IMG/VR virus record: IMGVR_UViG_3300042868_002047
Span: 1 to 42,337 of that record
Origin: a virus
Lineage: Duplodnaviria; Caudoviricetes
Length of the DNA stretch: 42,337 bases
Direction: 5' to 3' (one strand)
This document shows, one piece after another, positions 1 to 9,174 of this stretch (within the stretch, counting starts at the first letter, position 1; each line of letters opens with the position of its first letter). The notes under the pieces were generated by a model that worked only from the letters and a program-made list of their open reading frames with translations, was not told where the DNA came from and did no database searches. A program made the translations under genes and the position numbers.

Positions 1-927
1 CCTTACGATAACCCCAATCACCACCTGCCCGCCTATGGCCGGGACAGCACTAGCACAACCACCCGTATCTTGCGGGCAGGCGCACACTACCAGAGCATCT
101 TGTCTGGTTGGCGCTTGGTACATAGTGCGCAACAACGGGGAGTAGCTGAGCAGATCGTTAAGAAGATCGCTAAGTACACCCGGGATGGGCAGAACGATAT
201 AGCCCTACAGCAGTTTGGCATTAGCCCTGAGCTACAGGCTGCGTTGCGTAAAGACTTGGATGCTGTAACGGGCTGGGACGGGGCTAAGGAAACTGGCTTC
301 GATGTGACGAAGATCACAGACCCTGACATACGTGAGCAGGTGATCCAAGCTGTACACCGAGGCACCCTCCAGATTATCCAAGGCACCTTCATCGGTGAGC
401 GCGGTAAGTGGGTGCATGATGGCTGGATGCGTGCGCTGGCACAGTTCCGTACCTTCCCTATCACTTCGATGGAGAAGCAGTGGGGCCGTCAGCGCAATAG
501 CCGTGGAGTGGCTTCGGCACTGGGTATGATTATGGGAAGTATGTCGCTAGCGACACCCATCTACATGGCCCGTACTTACGCTAACTCTATAGGCCGCGAG
601 GACCAAGAGGAGTACCTAGAGAAGAACTTGCAGCCGATCAATATTGCCAGGGCCACTATGAACTATGTGGCTATGAGCGGTATGGCTGGTGACTTCGTGG
701 GCTTTACCACAAGCCTGTTACCTGATGACTGGGGTGTATCCCCCGTGCAAGGCCGCAACGGGCAATCTGCTGACTTTGTCGGTAGCTACATCCTGCCAGC
801 ATCGAGCTTGGTAGACGATGGTTACAAGCTGTTGCAGAACCTTGATGACCCAGCAGCATGGACTAAAGTTGCCCCGTTCGGGCGACTACCGTGGCTGCTC
901 CCGGCTATGAACGCCACCAAGGATTAG
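1..927 (+). CDS. C-terminal part of large internal virion (ejection) protein, T7 gp16-like; 5'-partial
   Basis: Frame is open from base 1 (PYDNPNHH...) through ORF 70..927; lies just before the tail fibre; contains QFRTFPITSMEKQW, a pattern I recognise from phiKMV-like gp16 C-termini; continues the gene cut at the window end. Confidence 0.85.
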   Translation, partial: PYDNPNHHLPAYGRDSTSTTTRILRAGAHYQSILSGWRLVHSAQQRGVAEQIVKKIAKYTRDGQNDIALQQFGISPELQAALRKDLDAVTGWDGAKETGFDVTKITDPDIREQVIQAVHRGTLQIIQGTFIGERGKWVHDGWMRALAQFRTFPITSMEKQWGRQRNSRGVASALGMIMGSMSLATPIYMARTYANSIGREDQEEYLEKNLQPINIARATMNYVAMSGMAGDFVGFTTSLLPDDWGVSPVQGRNGQSADFVGSYILPASSLVDDGYKLLQNLDDPAAWTKVAPFGRLPWLLPAMNATKD

Positions 928-937
928 GCTTAAACCC

Positions 938-955
938 CTGAGCCTATACTATCGC
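938..955 (+). promoter_or_regulatory. putative phage RNAP promoter (CTGAGCCTATACTATCGC)
   Basis: 16/18 identical to the motif at 28296; intergenic, upstream of the tail fibre gene. Confidence 0.7.
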
Positions 956-995
956 CCCGCCTAACCAGCGGGGCTCCCTATTTAAGGAGGCCCCC

Positions 996-1796
996 GTGCC
1001 TACACCTACCGAACAACTTTTATCACGTACTTCGTATGCGGGTGACGGGGTCACTACTGCTTGGAACTTTACGTTTGCAAGCGGCTACATTGACCAAGAG
1101 CATGTTAAGGCTTACGTCACCGATAGCGAAGGGCTCCGCACTGACCTAGTGCTCACCCCCGCCGACTTCATTGGCGAGTTCCAGTTGCGGGTAATCCCTG
1201 CTGTGGCCGTCAGTGACGTGTTGACTATCTACCGGGACACCCCGAAGGATGCACCCCTTGTTGACTTCCAAGATGGTAGCAACATCACAGAGGCTGCTCT
1301 CGACACCCTAGCCCGACAGGCCGTATTTGTAGCGGCTGAGGTTAGCGACGAGCTTGGCCTAGTCGTAGGACCTGCCTTACAGGAAACTGCCCAGCAGGTT
1401 GCCGATAACGCTGCGGCTGCTGCGGCTAGTGCTGCGGCTAGCGCTGCTAGTGCTGTAACTGCCGAAGGCGCTGCTACCGCTGCGGCTGCTGCGGCTGCTG
1501 CCGGTGTGCTCCCTGCGGTACTTGCTGCCATCAACCCGTTAGTGGTTGCTGCCGATGCTAGCGCAGATGCTGCCGCTGCTAGTGCCGTCACTGCCCAAAG
1601 CTACATAGCCCCGGCACAGAATGCTGCGACGGCGGCTGAAGCTAGTGCCTCAGATGCGGAGGATGCTGCGGCTATTGCCCAGTCCATTGCAGGCTCACTA
1701 GGCGGGAGCTTCGGCTTTACCAACACCGCCTACGATTTCGGCTTTGTCACAGACACTGCTACCTACCTTGACTTAGATTGTGGAGCTTTACCATGA
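996..1796 (+). CDS. tail fibre adaptor (T7 gp17 N-terminal anchor domain plus Ala-rich stalk)
   Basis: RBS AAGGAGG; N-terminus YAGDG...IYRDTPKDAPLVDFQDGS...LDTLARQAVFVAAE typical of the T7 tail-fibre anchor; Ala-rich repeats; short C-terminal YDFGFV..DLDCGAL peptide. Confidence 0.9.
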   Translation: MPTPTEQLLSRTSYAGDGVTTAWNFTFASGYIDQEHVKAYVTDSEGLRTDLVLTPADFIGEFQLRVIPAVAVSDVLTIYRDTPKDAPLVDFQDGSNITEAALDTLARQAVFVAAEVSDELGLVVGPALQETAQQVADNAAAAAASAAASAASAVTAEGAATAAAAAAAAGVLPAVLAAINPLVVAADASADAAAASAVTAQSYIAPAQNAATAAEASASDAEDAAAIAQSIAGSLGGSFGFTNTAYDFGFVTDTATYLDLDCGALP

Positions 1797-2644
1797 CAAC
1801 TGAATTACGCCTACGCCGAGGCACTACGGCCCAGACCAACGTCTTTACTGGCGCTGAGGGTGAGATTACCATCAACACTACGACCAAGGGTATCCACGTC
1901 CATGACGGCGTTACCCCGGGCGGTACGCCCATTTCTGGCGCTGCTGGTCTTGCGGCCCACTTGGCCGATCTGGCTAATCCCCATGCTGTAACTAAGGCAC
2001 AGGTCGGGCTGAGTAACGTGGATAATGTGTCATCTGCCGCACTCTACAACCGTGCTAACCATACAGGCACACAGCTAGTAGCTACTATCAGCGACTTCGC
2101 CACAGGCGTGCTGAATACTGTACTGACTGGCCTGAGCCTTGCCACAAGCACAGCGGTCACGGCTGCTGACACGCTGTTGGTGGCCATCGGTAAGCTACAA
2201 GCACAAATCACCCTGCGTGCCCTGCTGACTTCTAACACCTTCAGCGGTAACCAGACGCTGTCAGGTAACAAGCTGATCGAGGCTAACCTTGAGAAGGTTA
2301 CTGAGGTGGCTGCTGCCCCGACAATCTCTGCCGGTGTACTCAACCTCGATTTGGCTAATGGCCTATCTAAGGTAGCTCTAAATGCTGCCATCACGTCGAT
2401 TACTGTTACTAATAACGTAGCCTCTACGACTAAGGTACAGGCGCACACAGTTGAGTTTACGGCTGACGGTACTGCCCGCGCTATCACATGGCCTGCTGGT
2501 AACGGTACGTCTACGCTGCTGTTTAAGTGGCCCGGTGGTACAGCCCCTACTATGACTAGCGCTAACGGTAAGCGCGATGTGTTCCTATTTAAGAGCGTTG
2601 ATACGTTCCTGTGGGATGCGTTTATTGTCGGGCAGAATCTGTAA
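1793..2644 (+). CDS. secondary tail fibre with Mtd-like N-terminal domain
   Basis: ATGA overlap with the upstream stop; LRLRRGTTAQ..FTGAEGEITI....IHVHDGVTPGG resembles the major tropism determinant N-domain; NPHAVTKAQVGLSNVDN fibre repeat. Confidence 0.85.
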   Translation: MTTELRLRRGTTAQTNVFTGAEGEITINTTTKGIHVHDGVTPGGTPISGAAGLAAHLADLANPHAVTKAQVGLSNVDNVSSAALYNRANHTGTQLVATISDFATGVLNTVLTGLSLATSTAVTAADTLLVAIGKLQAQITLRALLTSNTFSGNQTLSGNKLIEANLEKVTEVAAAPTISAGVLNLDLANGLSKVALNAAITSITVTNNVASTTKVQAHTVEFTADGTARAITWPAGNGTSTLLFKWPGGTAPTMTSANGKRDVFLFKSVDTFLWDAFIVGQNL

Positions 2645-3207
2645 TGCGGTTCGCTAAGTCGGCCGTTGCCAAGGCAATCGGGTCTATAACTTATGCCACA
2701 TGGAATCCGTCTGACAAGGCTATCGGTGTTACTCTATCGGTAGCTAACCATACAGCATACTCTGCCGCTGTTAACGACCCAGTGCGGGCTACTGTAGGTA
2801 AGTCTATAGGGTCCGGGAAGTACGTGTGGGAAATCCGTAACGGTAATGTGACGGGTATCATGAACTCCGCCCCATCTATGGTAACTGGTAATTGGCCCGG
2901 CGGTGATCTTAATAGCTGGGGCTACCATCGTTCCGGGGCGGTGTACCGCAATGGTAGTATTCTATTCGGTGGACCTGCCTTCATAGCCACTGATGTTATA
3001 ACTGTACTATTTGATGCAGGGGCGGGTACTCTAACTTGGTGGCTTAATGGTACACCCATCGGCTACACTGTTACAGGCATCACCGGTGGGCCATATTACC
3101 CTTGTAGTTCTATGTATGATGGTGGTGGCTACGGCTACTCTACCATTAACGCTGGGGATAGTGCTTGGGCCTACACCCCAACTGCTGGTTTTGTCGGTCT
3201 CTCTTAA
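2644..3207 (+). CDS. SPRY/ConA-like beta-sandwich protein, probable receptor-binding tip
   Basis: TAATG coupling at 2642-2646; TWNPSDK..VTLS, VRATVGKS.GKYVWEI, DVI.V.FD..AGTL.W..NG pattern of SPRY/B30.2 domains. Confidence 0.7.
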   Translation: MRFAKSAVAKAIGSITYATWNPSDKAIGVTLSVANHTAYSAAVNDPVRATVGKSIGSGKYVWEIRNGNVTGIMNSAPSMVTGNWPGGDLNSWGYHRSGAVYRNGSILFGGPAFIATDVITVLFDAGAGTLTWWLNGTPIGYTVTGITGGPYYPCSSMYDGGGYGYSTINAGDSAWAYTPTAGFVGLS

Positions 3208-3216
3208 TAGGTAACC

Positions 3217-4062
3217 ATGAAAATACTTTGTTCTATGCTGATAACATTCTTCTTATGCGGTTGTGGGGGCGGCGGGCCGGGAGGGGAGCCTCCAGTCCCC
3301 CGCTTAAAGACCGCCTTTATTAACCCATCCGATGCGATCATCCCTGCGGGGGATAGTTATGACTATCGCATTGCCGTAGTAGAGGACGCTAACCCCATCA
3401 CCTCTGCGGCCTATCAGGCTACTCAGTCAGGCGAGCTTATCGCTTGGCCGGGGCGTACCCGGGAAGTCGGCTTCGGCGGCTTCAGTGCCTTCCTTGACGA
3501 AGTCGTAAAGTACCCTGCGTTTAAGTACGTGTACTTGTACGACGAGCTTGGGCTGGGGCATGGCCGACCTGTTGACGAGTTGCACCTAGAGGACCAGACC
3601 GCTGTGCTGGCTGCTAGCGTGCAGGTGCGTGAGCGCGGTCTTAAGTCTATGGTGATCTACTTTCCTAATGCTGTGCTTAACCCTGCGTTTACGCTAGGCG
3701 TGGCTAACGGGATTGACATTATCGGGCTTGACATTTACCCGAACATTATGCCGACATTCAGCGTACCTAACCTGTACCCGGGCAACCCTTACAAGAACTA
3801 CTTGGCAGCTATGGTAACTAAGCTGCGCGGTATGGGCTTTACTGGTGAAATCTGGTACGTGTACCAAGCCTTCGACATCGTTGGCAATGACCCCGTGTGG
3901 TTCACTGCCGAGCTTGTAAAGCAGAGGGCCGCGATAGACGATGCGCTCGATCTTGGTATTACAGGTATAGTGCCGTTTGGGATGTACCTAGGTGCCGGTG
4001 AATTGGAGCGTGAGCCTAACTTGATCCCGCTTGAAGACACACAGCCTCTGGTGATCCCGTGA
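3217..4062 (+). CDS. predicted lipoprotein with glycoside-hydrolase-like domain
   Basis: Signal MKILCSMLITFFLCG-C followed by GGGG linker; VYLYDE and IDIIGLDIYP motifs reminiscent of TIM-barrel glycosidases. Confidence 0.55.
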   Translation: MKILCSMLITFFLCGCGGGGPGGEPPVPRLKTAFINPSDAIIPAGDSYDYRIAVVEDANPITSAAYQATQSGELIAWPGRTREVGFGGFSAFLDEVVKYPAFKYVYLYDELGLGHGRPVDELHLEDQTAVLAASVQVRERGLKSMVIYFPNAVLNPAFTLGVANGIDIIGLDIYPNIMPTFSVPNLYPGNPYKNYLAAMVTKLRGMGFTGEIWYVYQAFDIVGNDPVWFTAELVKQRAAIDDALDLGITGIVPFGMYLGAGELEREPNLIPLEDTQPLVIP

Positions 4063-4358
4063 TCCCCAAGCGCCTGAGGATTAACGGGCGCGTATTTAAG
4101 ATCACCCTACTCCCTGCTGACTCTGACGCCCTTGGGCTGATGCACGGGGACGCGGGGGAGATTCAGATTAAGCCCTGTGACGACATGTTCGTTACTAAAG
4201 ACACTGTCCTCCATGAGGCCATGCACGCCGTAAGGTATATGCAGGGCCGGGAGGATGGCGGTGAGGTCGAGGAGGACTATGTCCGTAGCCTAGCTACTGG
4301 CATCCTCGGCATTCTCCGCGATAACCCAACCTTTGCCAAATGGCTGATTGCTAAATGA
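4059..4358 (+). CDS. small HExxH zincin-like protein
   Basis: TVLHEAMHA followed by EEDYV; GTGA overlap with the upstream gene. Confidence 0.65.
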   Translation: MIPKRLRINGRVFKITLLPADSDALGLMHGDAGEIQIKPCDDMFVTKDTVLHEAMHAVRYMQGREDGGEVEEDYVRSLATGILGILRDNPTFAKWLIAK

Positions 4359-4359
4359 T

Positions 4360-4566
4360 ATGACTATAGACCACGACTTCATCGTTGAGGCAACCCGCGC
4401 TGCACCCACGGTGACAGTCGGTGGCCTAACTATCGTAGGCATCCCCCTCCCCGAGGTGGTACTGCTCGTCACTTTGGTGTACACCGTTGCCCAACTCTAC
4501 TTCCTGCTAAGGGATAAGTGGTACTTGCCACGGAAGATTAAGAAGGATAAACATGGCCGCGACTGA
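4360..4566 (+). CDS. holin (T7 gp17.5-like)
   Basis: 68 aa, hydrophobic segment VVLLVTLVYTVAQLYFLL, basic C-tail, immediately before terS; start uncertain (4348 or 4360). Confidence 0.75.
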   Translation: MTIDHDFIVEATRAAPTVTVGGLTIVGIPLPEVVLLVTLVYTVAQLYFLLRDKWYLPRKIKKDKHGRD

Positions 4567-4873
4567 TAACGCCCTACAAGAGCTTCATGCTCAGATTGCC
4601 CGTAGCCTCACTGAGGCCGTCAAGCCTATTGACGTTGTAGACGAGGAGACTGGTACTGTAAAGACACTACCCCCTAGTGCTGCGCACTTGGCTGCGGCTA
4701 TCACCTTCCTCAAGAACAACAACATCACTGCCAGCCCTACTAGCAACAAGGCCCTGTCGGACTTGTCTGATGCGCTGGCTGCTCGCCGCAAGAAAAAGAT
4801 TGCCCCTGCCGCCTTGCAAGAGGCTGAGGAGCAGTTAGCCTTTAACCTTGGCCTACAGGCGGGCGTGCAATGA
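4553..4873 (+). CDS. terS: terminase small subunit
   Basis: L.ELH...AAAITFLKNNNITA pattern of T7 gp18-like proteins; directly upstream of terL. Confidence 0.85.
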   Translation: MAATDNALQELHAQIARSLTEAVKPIDVVDEETGTVKTLPPSAAHLAAAITFLKNNNITASPTSNKALSDLSDALAARRKKKIAPAALQEAEEQLAFNLGLQAGVQ

Positions 4874-6657
4874 AGGCATGGGAAGGCGTCGAGCAGGCTG
4901 AGGTTAGATGGGACCAGCTTGCCCTAGTGCAGGCGCACTACAGCGAGTTCGTCCCCTTCCTTGAGGACGTGATGCTAGAGCTTGGCTTTAGCACCTCAGA
5001 GATTCAGAGGGACATCGCTGGATACATAGCCTACGGCCCGGCCAGCATCATGGTACAGGCGCAGCGTTCGCAGGCTAAGACCACGATTGCTGCGGCCTAT
5101 GCCGTATGGTTCCTGATCCACGACCCTACCGGACGTGTGCTAATCATTTCGGCGGGTGGTACTCAGGCTGAGGAAATCTCTACCCTGATCGTCCGTATCG
5201 TCATGAACATGGACGTGCTAGAGTGCATGCGCCCTGATAAGATGGCCGGTGACCGCACATCCGTGCTGGGCTTCGACTTGCACCACTCCCTCAAGGGCAT
5301 GGACAAGTCCCCTAGCGTGGCGTGTGTGGGCATTGACTCTAACTTGCAGGGTAAGCGGGCCGACTTGCTGATCCCCGATGATATTGAGTCCTCCAAGAAC
5401 TCGGCTACCGCTACCCAGCGGGCTAAGCTGTTGCACTTGACTAAGGACTTTACCTCCATCGTGGTGGATAAGAACGGTAACCCGGGCCGCATTGTGTGGC
5501 TGGGCACTCCGCAGACGATGGACTCTATCTACAACTCCCTTCCGGGGCGTGGTGTAGCTGTTCGTATCTGGCCGGGGCGTTACCCTACGCCCGAGCAGGT
5601 CAAGCACTACGGTAATAACCTGGCCCCTTACATCACCTCTCGGCTAGCACGCAACCCGTCGCTGGCTCAGGGCGGTGGCATGCTCGGGGATCAGGGCTTG
5701 CCGGTGGATGCCGTGATGCTGGGTGAGGAGACTCTCCAGAAGAAGGAGCGGGACCAAGGTACTGCGTACTTCCAGCTACAACACATGCTGAATACGACCC
5801 TCATGGACGCCATGCGGAACCCGTTGAAGCTAACTGCGCTGACGCTGATTAACCCGGCAGGGGATCGCTTCCCGCTGACGGTTATCCGTGGGATGCTTAG
5901 CTCCCATGTGCGTGACTTTGCTGTGCATGACTTCGGCTTTAAGCTGACAGAGGCCAGTGACGTTAGCCATGAGGTGTCTAAGCTGCAATCCCGTGTGGCT
6001 TACATCGACCCGGCTGGCGGAGGCGCTAACGGGGACGAGACTGCGTGGGCTATTGGGGGATTCCTCAATGGCAATGTGCACTTGATTAGCGTTGGGGGTA
6101 TGCCCGGCGGCTATGAAGAATCTAAGCTGGAAGAACTGGCGAAGATCATCGCGGCACATAAGCCCGACATAGTGAAGATCGAGAAGAACATGGGGCATGG
6201 TGCTTTCCGCGCCGTCTTTGCACCTATATTACGCAAGCATCTGCAATGCGGCCTAGAGGACGACCTTGTCCACGGGCAGAAAGAGGCACGTATCATCGCC
6301 ACTCTGGAGCCTGTCATGGGCCGTGGGGCGCTGGTGGTGTCCGAGGCTGTGGTACGGGAAGACGCTATGCGCTGCGCGAATTACGCACCGGCCTTGCGCC
6401 TAACCTACAGCTTCTTCTACCAGATGGCTAAGCTGTCCGCTGTACGGGATAGCCTCGTACACGATGACCGCGTTGACGCAGTGGAAGGGCTAGTCCGTCA
6501 CTTCCAAGAAGCACTGGCCCTCGATCAAAAGAAGGCTGTTGCAAGTATGGCTGCTAAGGCTCACGCCGAAGCAATCAAAGACCCTATGGGTTATCTCCGC
6601 TACTCGACTCCCACATCCGGTGGGAACAGTATGCTCAAACACCGTCGTAGACGGTAA
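4870..6657 (+). CDS. terL: terminase large subunit
   Basis: QAQRSQAKTT Walker A variant, QGKRADLLIPDD Walker B, YIDPAGGG and HDDRVDA nuclease motifs. Confidence 0.97.
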   Translation: MKAWEGVEQAEVRWDQLALVQAHYSEFVPFLEDVMLELGFSTSEIQRDIAGYIAYGPASIMVQAQRSQAKTTIAAAYAVWFLIHDPTGRVLIISAGGTQAEEISTLIVRIVMNMDVLECMRPDKMAGDRTSVLGFDLHHSLKGMDKSPSVACVGIDSNLQGKRADLLIPDDIESSKNSATATQRAKLLHLTKDFTSIVVDKNGNPGRIVWLGTPQTMDSIYNSLPGRGVAVRIWPGRYPTPEQVKHYGNNLAPYITSRLARNPSLAQGGGMLGDQGLPVDAVMLGEETLQKKERDQGTAYFQLQHMLNTTLMDAMRNPLKLTALTLINPAGDRFPLTVIRGMLSSHVRDFAVHDFGFKLTEASDVSHEVSKLQSRVAYIDPAGGGANGDETAWAIGGFLNGNVHLISVGGMPGGYEESKLEELAKIIAAHKPDIVKIEKNMGHGAFRAVFAPILRKHLQCGLEDDLVHGQKEARIIATLEPVMGRGALVVSEAVVREDAMRCANYAPALRLTYSFFYQMAKLSAVRDSLVHDDRVDAVEGLVRHFQEALALDQKKAVASMAAKAHAEAIKDPMGYLRYSTPTSGGNSMLKHRRRR

Positions 6658-6695
6658 CAGGTGCCGCTTAACCGCCGCCTAACTAAGGAATCACC

Positions 6696-7199
6696 ATGCG
6701 TGTATCTACTCTCCCCTCTCCCGGCCTGTTGTCTATGGGCATCAAGCTGCGCAATGAGGCCGCTAAGGCTATCTCTGCTGTCGAAATCTCTGCTGGCCGC
6801 GGTCACGCAGGTGCTGCCAAGTCCCCGCATGCCTTCCAGCTTAGCGCCTTCTTCACGGCTTGCGCTGCTGCTCTCTCGGCCTTCGTTGAGACTACTGTGC
6901 CCGTGATCGCTTCCCGTAGCATTGGTGCTGCGAACAAGAAGCGTATCGTGCTGGCTTACGGCGAGGGCTTGGACCCTACCTCTGTGCCTGCTGTTGGCGA
7001 CTTCGCTATCACCACACAGGCCAAGGCCGTGACCAAGGTGACTATCGATGGCCCCTTCGTCTACCTGGACGTGGCTACGGACTTCGTGGCAGGTGCCGTT
7101 AACGTGGCCTACACTGGCGGTACTAACAAGCTGAAAGACGTATCGGGTAACCTCGCTGCCGACTTCACTGCTACTGCCGTCACCAACGGTATCGTCTAA
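6696..7199 (+). CDS. probable virion protein with C-terminal SwmB/Ig-like beta domain
   Basis: RBS TAAGGA; C-terminal YGEGLDPTSVP..DFAI...V.VAYT...LKDVSGNLAADFT resembles SwmB-type repeats. Confidence 0.55.
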   Translation: MRVSTLPSPGLLSMGIKLRNEAAKAISAVEISAGRGHAGAAKSPHAFQLSAFFTACAAALSAFVETTVPVIASRSIGAANKKRIVLAYGEGLDPTSVPAVGDFAITTQAKAVTKVTIDGPFVYLDVATDFVAGAVNVAYTGGTNKLKDVSGNLAADFTATAVTNGIV

Positions 7200-7693
7200 T
7201 GACGTTCCCCGACTGGATCAAAGGTCGGGTGGCTGTAGCCCTGCTCTCGCTGTCTATCGGCGGGGCGGGTGCTATAGTGGCCCATGAGGGTATGCGTCCC
7301 GTAGCGTACAAAGACCCTGTCGGCATTGTCACTATCTGTGCTGGTCATACAAAGACCGCTAAGATGGGGCAGGTGCTGAGTGCTGAGCAATGCGCTAAGC
7401 TACTGCAACAGGATGTCCGTGATGCCGAGGCTGCTATTAAACGCCTAACCACAACCAAGCTGACGCAGCGGCAGTATGATGCGCTTGTGTCTTTCGTATT
7501 CAACGTAGGTGAGTCTGCTTATGCTAAGAGCACTATGCTTCGTCATATTAACTCAGGTCGCTGCCATGCTGCGGCTGACGAGTTCAAGCGCTGGAACATG
7601 GCAAGCGGTAGAGTACTCCCCGGCCTGACTAAGCGGCGCGAGGCTGAGGCTATCGAGTTCCGGTCCGGTTGCGCACCTAGGGCTAACGTATGA
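7199..7693 (+). CDS. SAR endolysin (GH24 lysozyme)
   Basis: N-terminal weakly hydrophobic Gly/Ala-rich segment; catalytic E-x8-D-x5-T (HEGMRPVAYKDPVGIVT); YDALVSFVFNVG; GLTKRREAE. Confidence 0.95.
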   Translation: MTFPDWIKGRVAVALLSLSIGGAGAIVAHEGMRPVAYKDPVGIVTICAGHTKTAKMGQVLSAEQCAKLLQQDVRDAEAAIKRLTTTKLTQRQYDALVSFVFNVGESAYAKSTMLRHINSGRCHAAADEFKRWNMASGRVLPGLTKRREAEAIEFRSGCAPRANV

Positions 7694-8010
7694 AGTACCT
7701 AATCCTTGCCCTGTTCGTGGCCCTTGGGGCCTGCGGCTGGGGACTGTGGGCGCAAATCCACACAAATGCCGAGCTATCGGCCAAACTGGAGGGCACCGAG
7801 GAGGCCCTTTCCCGGCTCTCAGAGCAGCGCGAACAGGACCGGAAGGTGCTGGTAGCCCGGGCACAGAAAATCGCCTCAAAACAGCGGGAATTGACGCAGG
7901 CTCAGGAAGCCCTCGCAAAGGCCCTACAAGCGAATAATGACTGGAGCAATACCAATGTGCCAACTGATGTTCAAAAGGCGCTCACAGGCCGTTCTGATGG
8001 CTCTGAGTAG
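7690..8010 (+). CDS. Rz: i-spanin
   Basis: N-terminal TM helix, coiled coil, W...VP..V C-terminus; follows the endolysin. Confidence 0.85.
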   Translation: MKYLILALFVALGACGWGLWAQIHTNAELSAKLEGTEEALSRLSEQREQDRKVLVARAQKIASKQRELTQAQEALAKALQANNDWSNTNVPTDVQKALTGRSDGSE

Positions 8011-8293
8011 CTTCGCCACCGCTACGCGGGACGGTCTGCGAGGTGTGAAATACACCTTCTGGCTGATGCTGGTGGGGCTCGGGCTGGTGGCGGGTAGCCT
8101 AAGTGGCTGCAAGGCCACCCTGCCCCATAAGGTTCTGCCTCCCGTAGAGCTAATACAGGACTGCCCCGAGAGTGCTATCGACGTGACTACGAATGGGGGC
8201 TTAGCTAAAGCTGTTCCTATACTTAGAAGCGACCTAGCTAAATGTAACATAGATAAGGCTGCGCTTAGGGCGTGGGCCGGAGAAGGAAAATAA
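7937..8293 (+). CDS. Rz1: o-spanin lipoprotein (true start possibly GTG at 8045)
   Basis: Lipobox LSG-C, PPVELIQDCP and L.KCN.DKAALRAW; adjacent to or overlapping Rz. Confidence 0.8.
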   Translation: MTGAIPMCQLMFKRRSQAVLMALSSFATATRDGLRGVKYTFWLMLVGLGLVAGSLSGCKATLPHKVLPPVELIQDCPESAIDVTTNGGLAKAVPILRSDLAKCNIDKAALRAWAGEGK

Positions 8294-9174
8294 TGAGTAC
8301 CCCTATTAACAACCGGGCTTTGCCCTTTAAGTACACCGTAGCTGGTGTTATCCCTATCAACACTATTCTGTTGGACTGGGATACACGAGAAGACCCGGCC
8401 ACTGCCCTAAGCCTGCACGTCACGTCGCTAGGTACAACCGGTGTCATTACGCCGGAGTTTAGTTCTGACGATGTGAACTACGTGAGCGGATGGGTAGAGC
8501 CTGCTACTATTAACAGTGCCACACAAGCTACTATTACAGCAGCCGGGCTATACATTGTACCAAAGCTGGCACGTTTTATTCGCTTTCGTATGTCTACAGC
8601 GACAACGGCGGGTACAACCACCTTCGCCGTTGTGCCTTGCTTTACTGATCTGCGCTCTAGCTCTGTAGGTAGCGCCCTAACATCCACAGTTAATGGGCCG
8701 GCGGCCCACGACGCTGCGGTAAGCGGTAACCCTGTGCGTTTAGCGGGCCGGGCCGTAACAGCTAACTATACAGGTGTTGCAACGGGCGATACGGCAGACC
8801 TTATCACTACAGTAGTAGGCGCGGCCATCAATAAGCCTTACTCTATCCCTGAGGCTGACTGGCAGTATGCTGCTGCGGCAGCGGGTATCGTTAATACTAC
8901 CGACGTTGTTGCTAAGGCGGCAGCGGCTGCGGGTATCCGTAACTACGTGACGGCTATTCAGCTACGCAATACCAATGCCGTAGCTACCGAGTTTGTTATT
9001 AAGGACGGTGCTACCGTGATCTGGCGCACGCAGTTACCAGCAAGCATGACGGGCAGCATGGAGGCTACTTTCCCTACACCCCTTAAGGGTACAGCGGCGG
9101 CAGCTATTAACATTGCCTGTATCACTACCGGGGCAGCAGTGTATGCTAATCTGCAAGGTTACGCAGCGCCTTAA
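8293..9174 (+). CDS. Ala/Thr/Gly-rich beta protein, probable virion accessory; last late gene
   Basis: RBS AAGGA, TAATG coupling; 293 aa with composition typical of fibre/decoration proteins. Confidence 0.55.
   Translation: MSTPINNRALPFKYTVAGVIPINTILLDWDTREDPATALSLHVTSLGTTGVITPEFSSDDVNYVSGWVEPATINSATQATITAAGLYIVPKLARFIRFRMSTATTAGTTTFAVVPCFTDLRSSSVGSALTSTVNGPAAHDAAVSGNPVRLAGRAVTANYTGVATGDTADLITTVVGAAINKPYSIPEADWQYAAAAAGIVNTTDVVAKAAAAAGIRNYVTAIQLRNTNAVATEFVIKDGATVIWRTQLPASMTGSMEATFPTPLKGTAAAAINIACITTGAAVYANLQGYAAP

Noticed and set aside
1405-1680. GCT/GCG-rich tandem repeats
   Set aside because: They encode the Ala-rich stalk of the tail fibre adaptor and are not a separate DNA element.
1793-2644. 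Diversity-generating retroelement suggested by the Mtd-like domain
   Set aside because: No reverse transcriptase and no TR/VR repeat pair seen.
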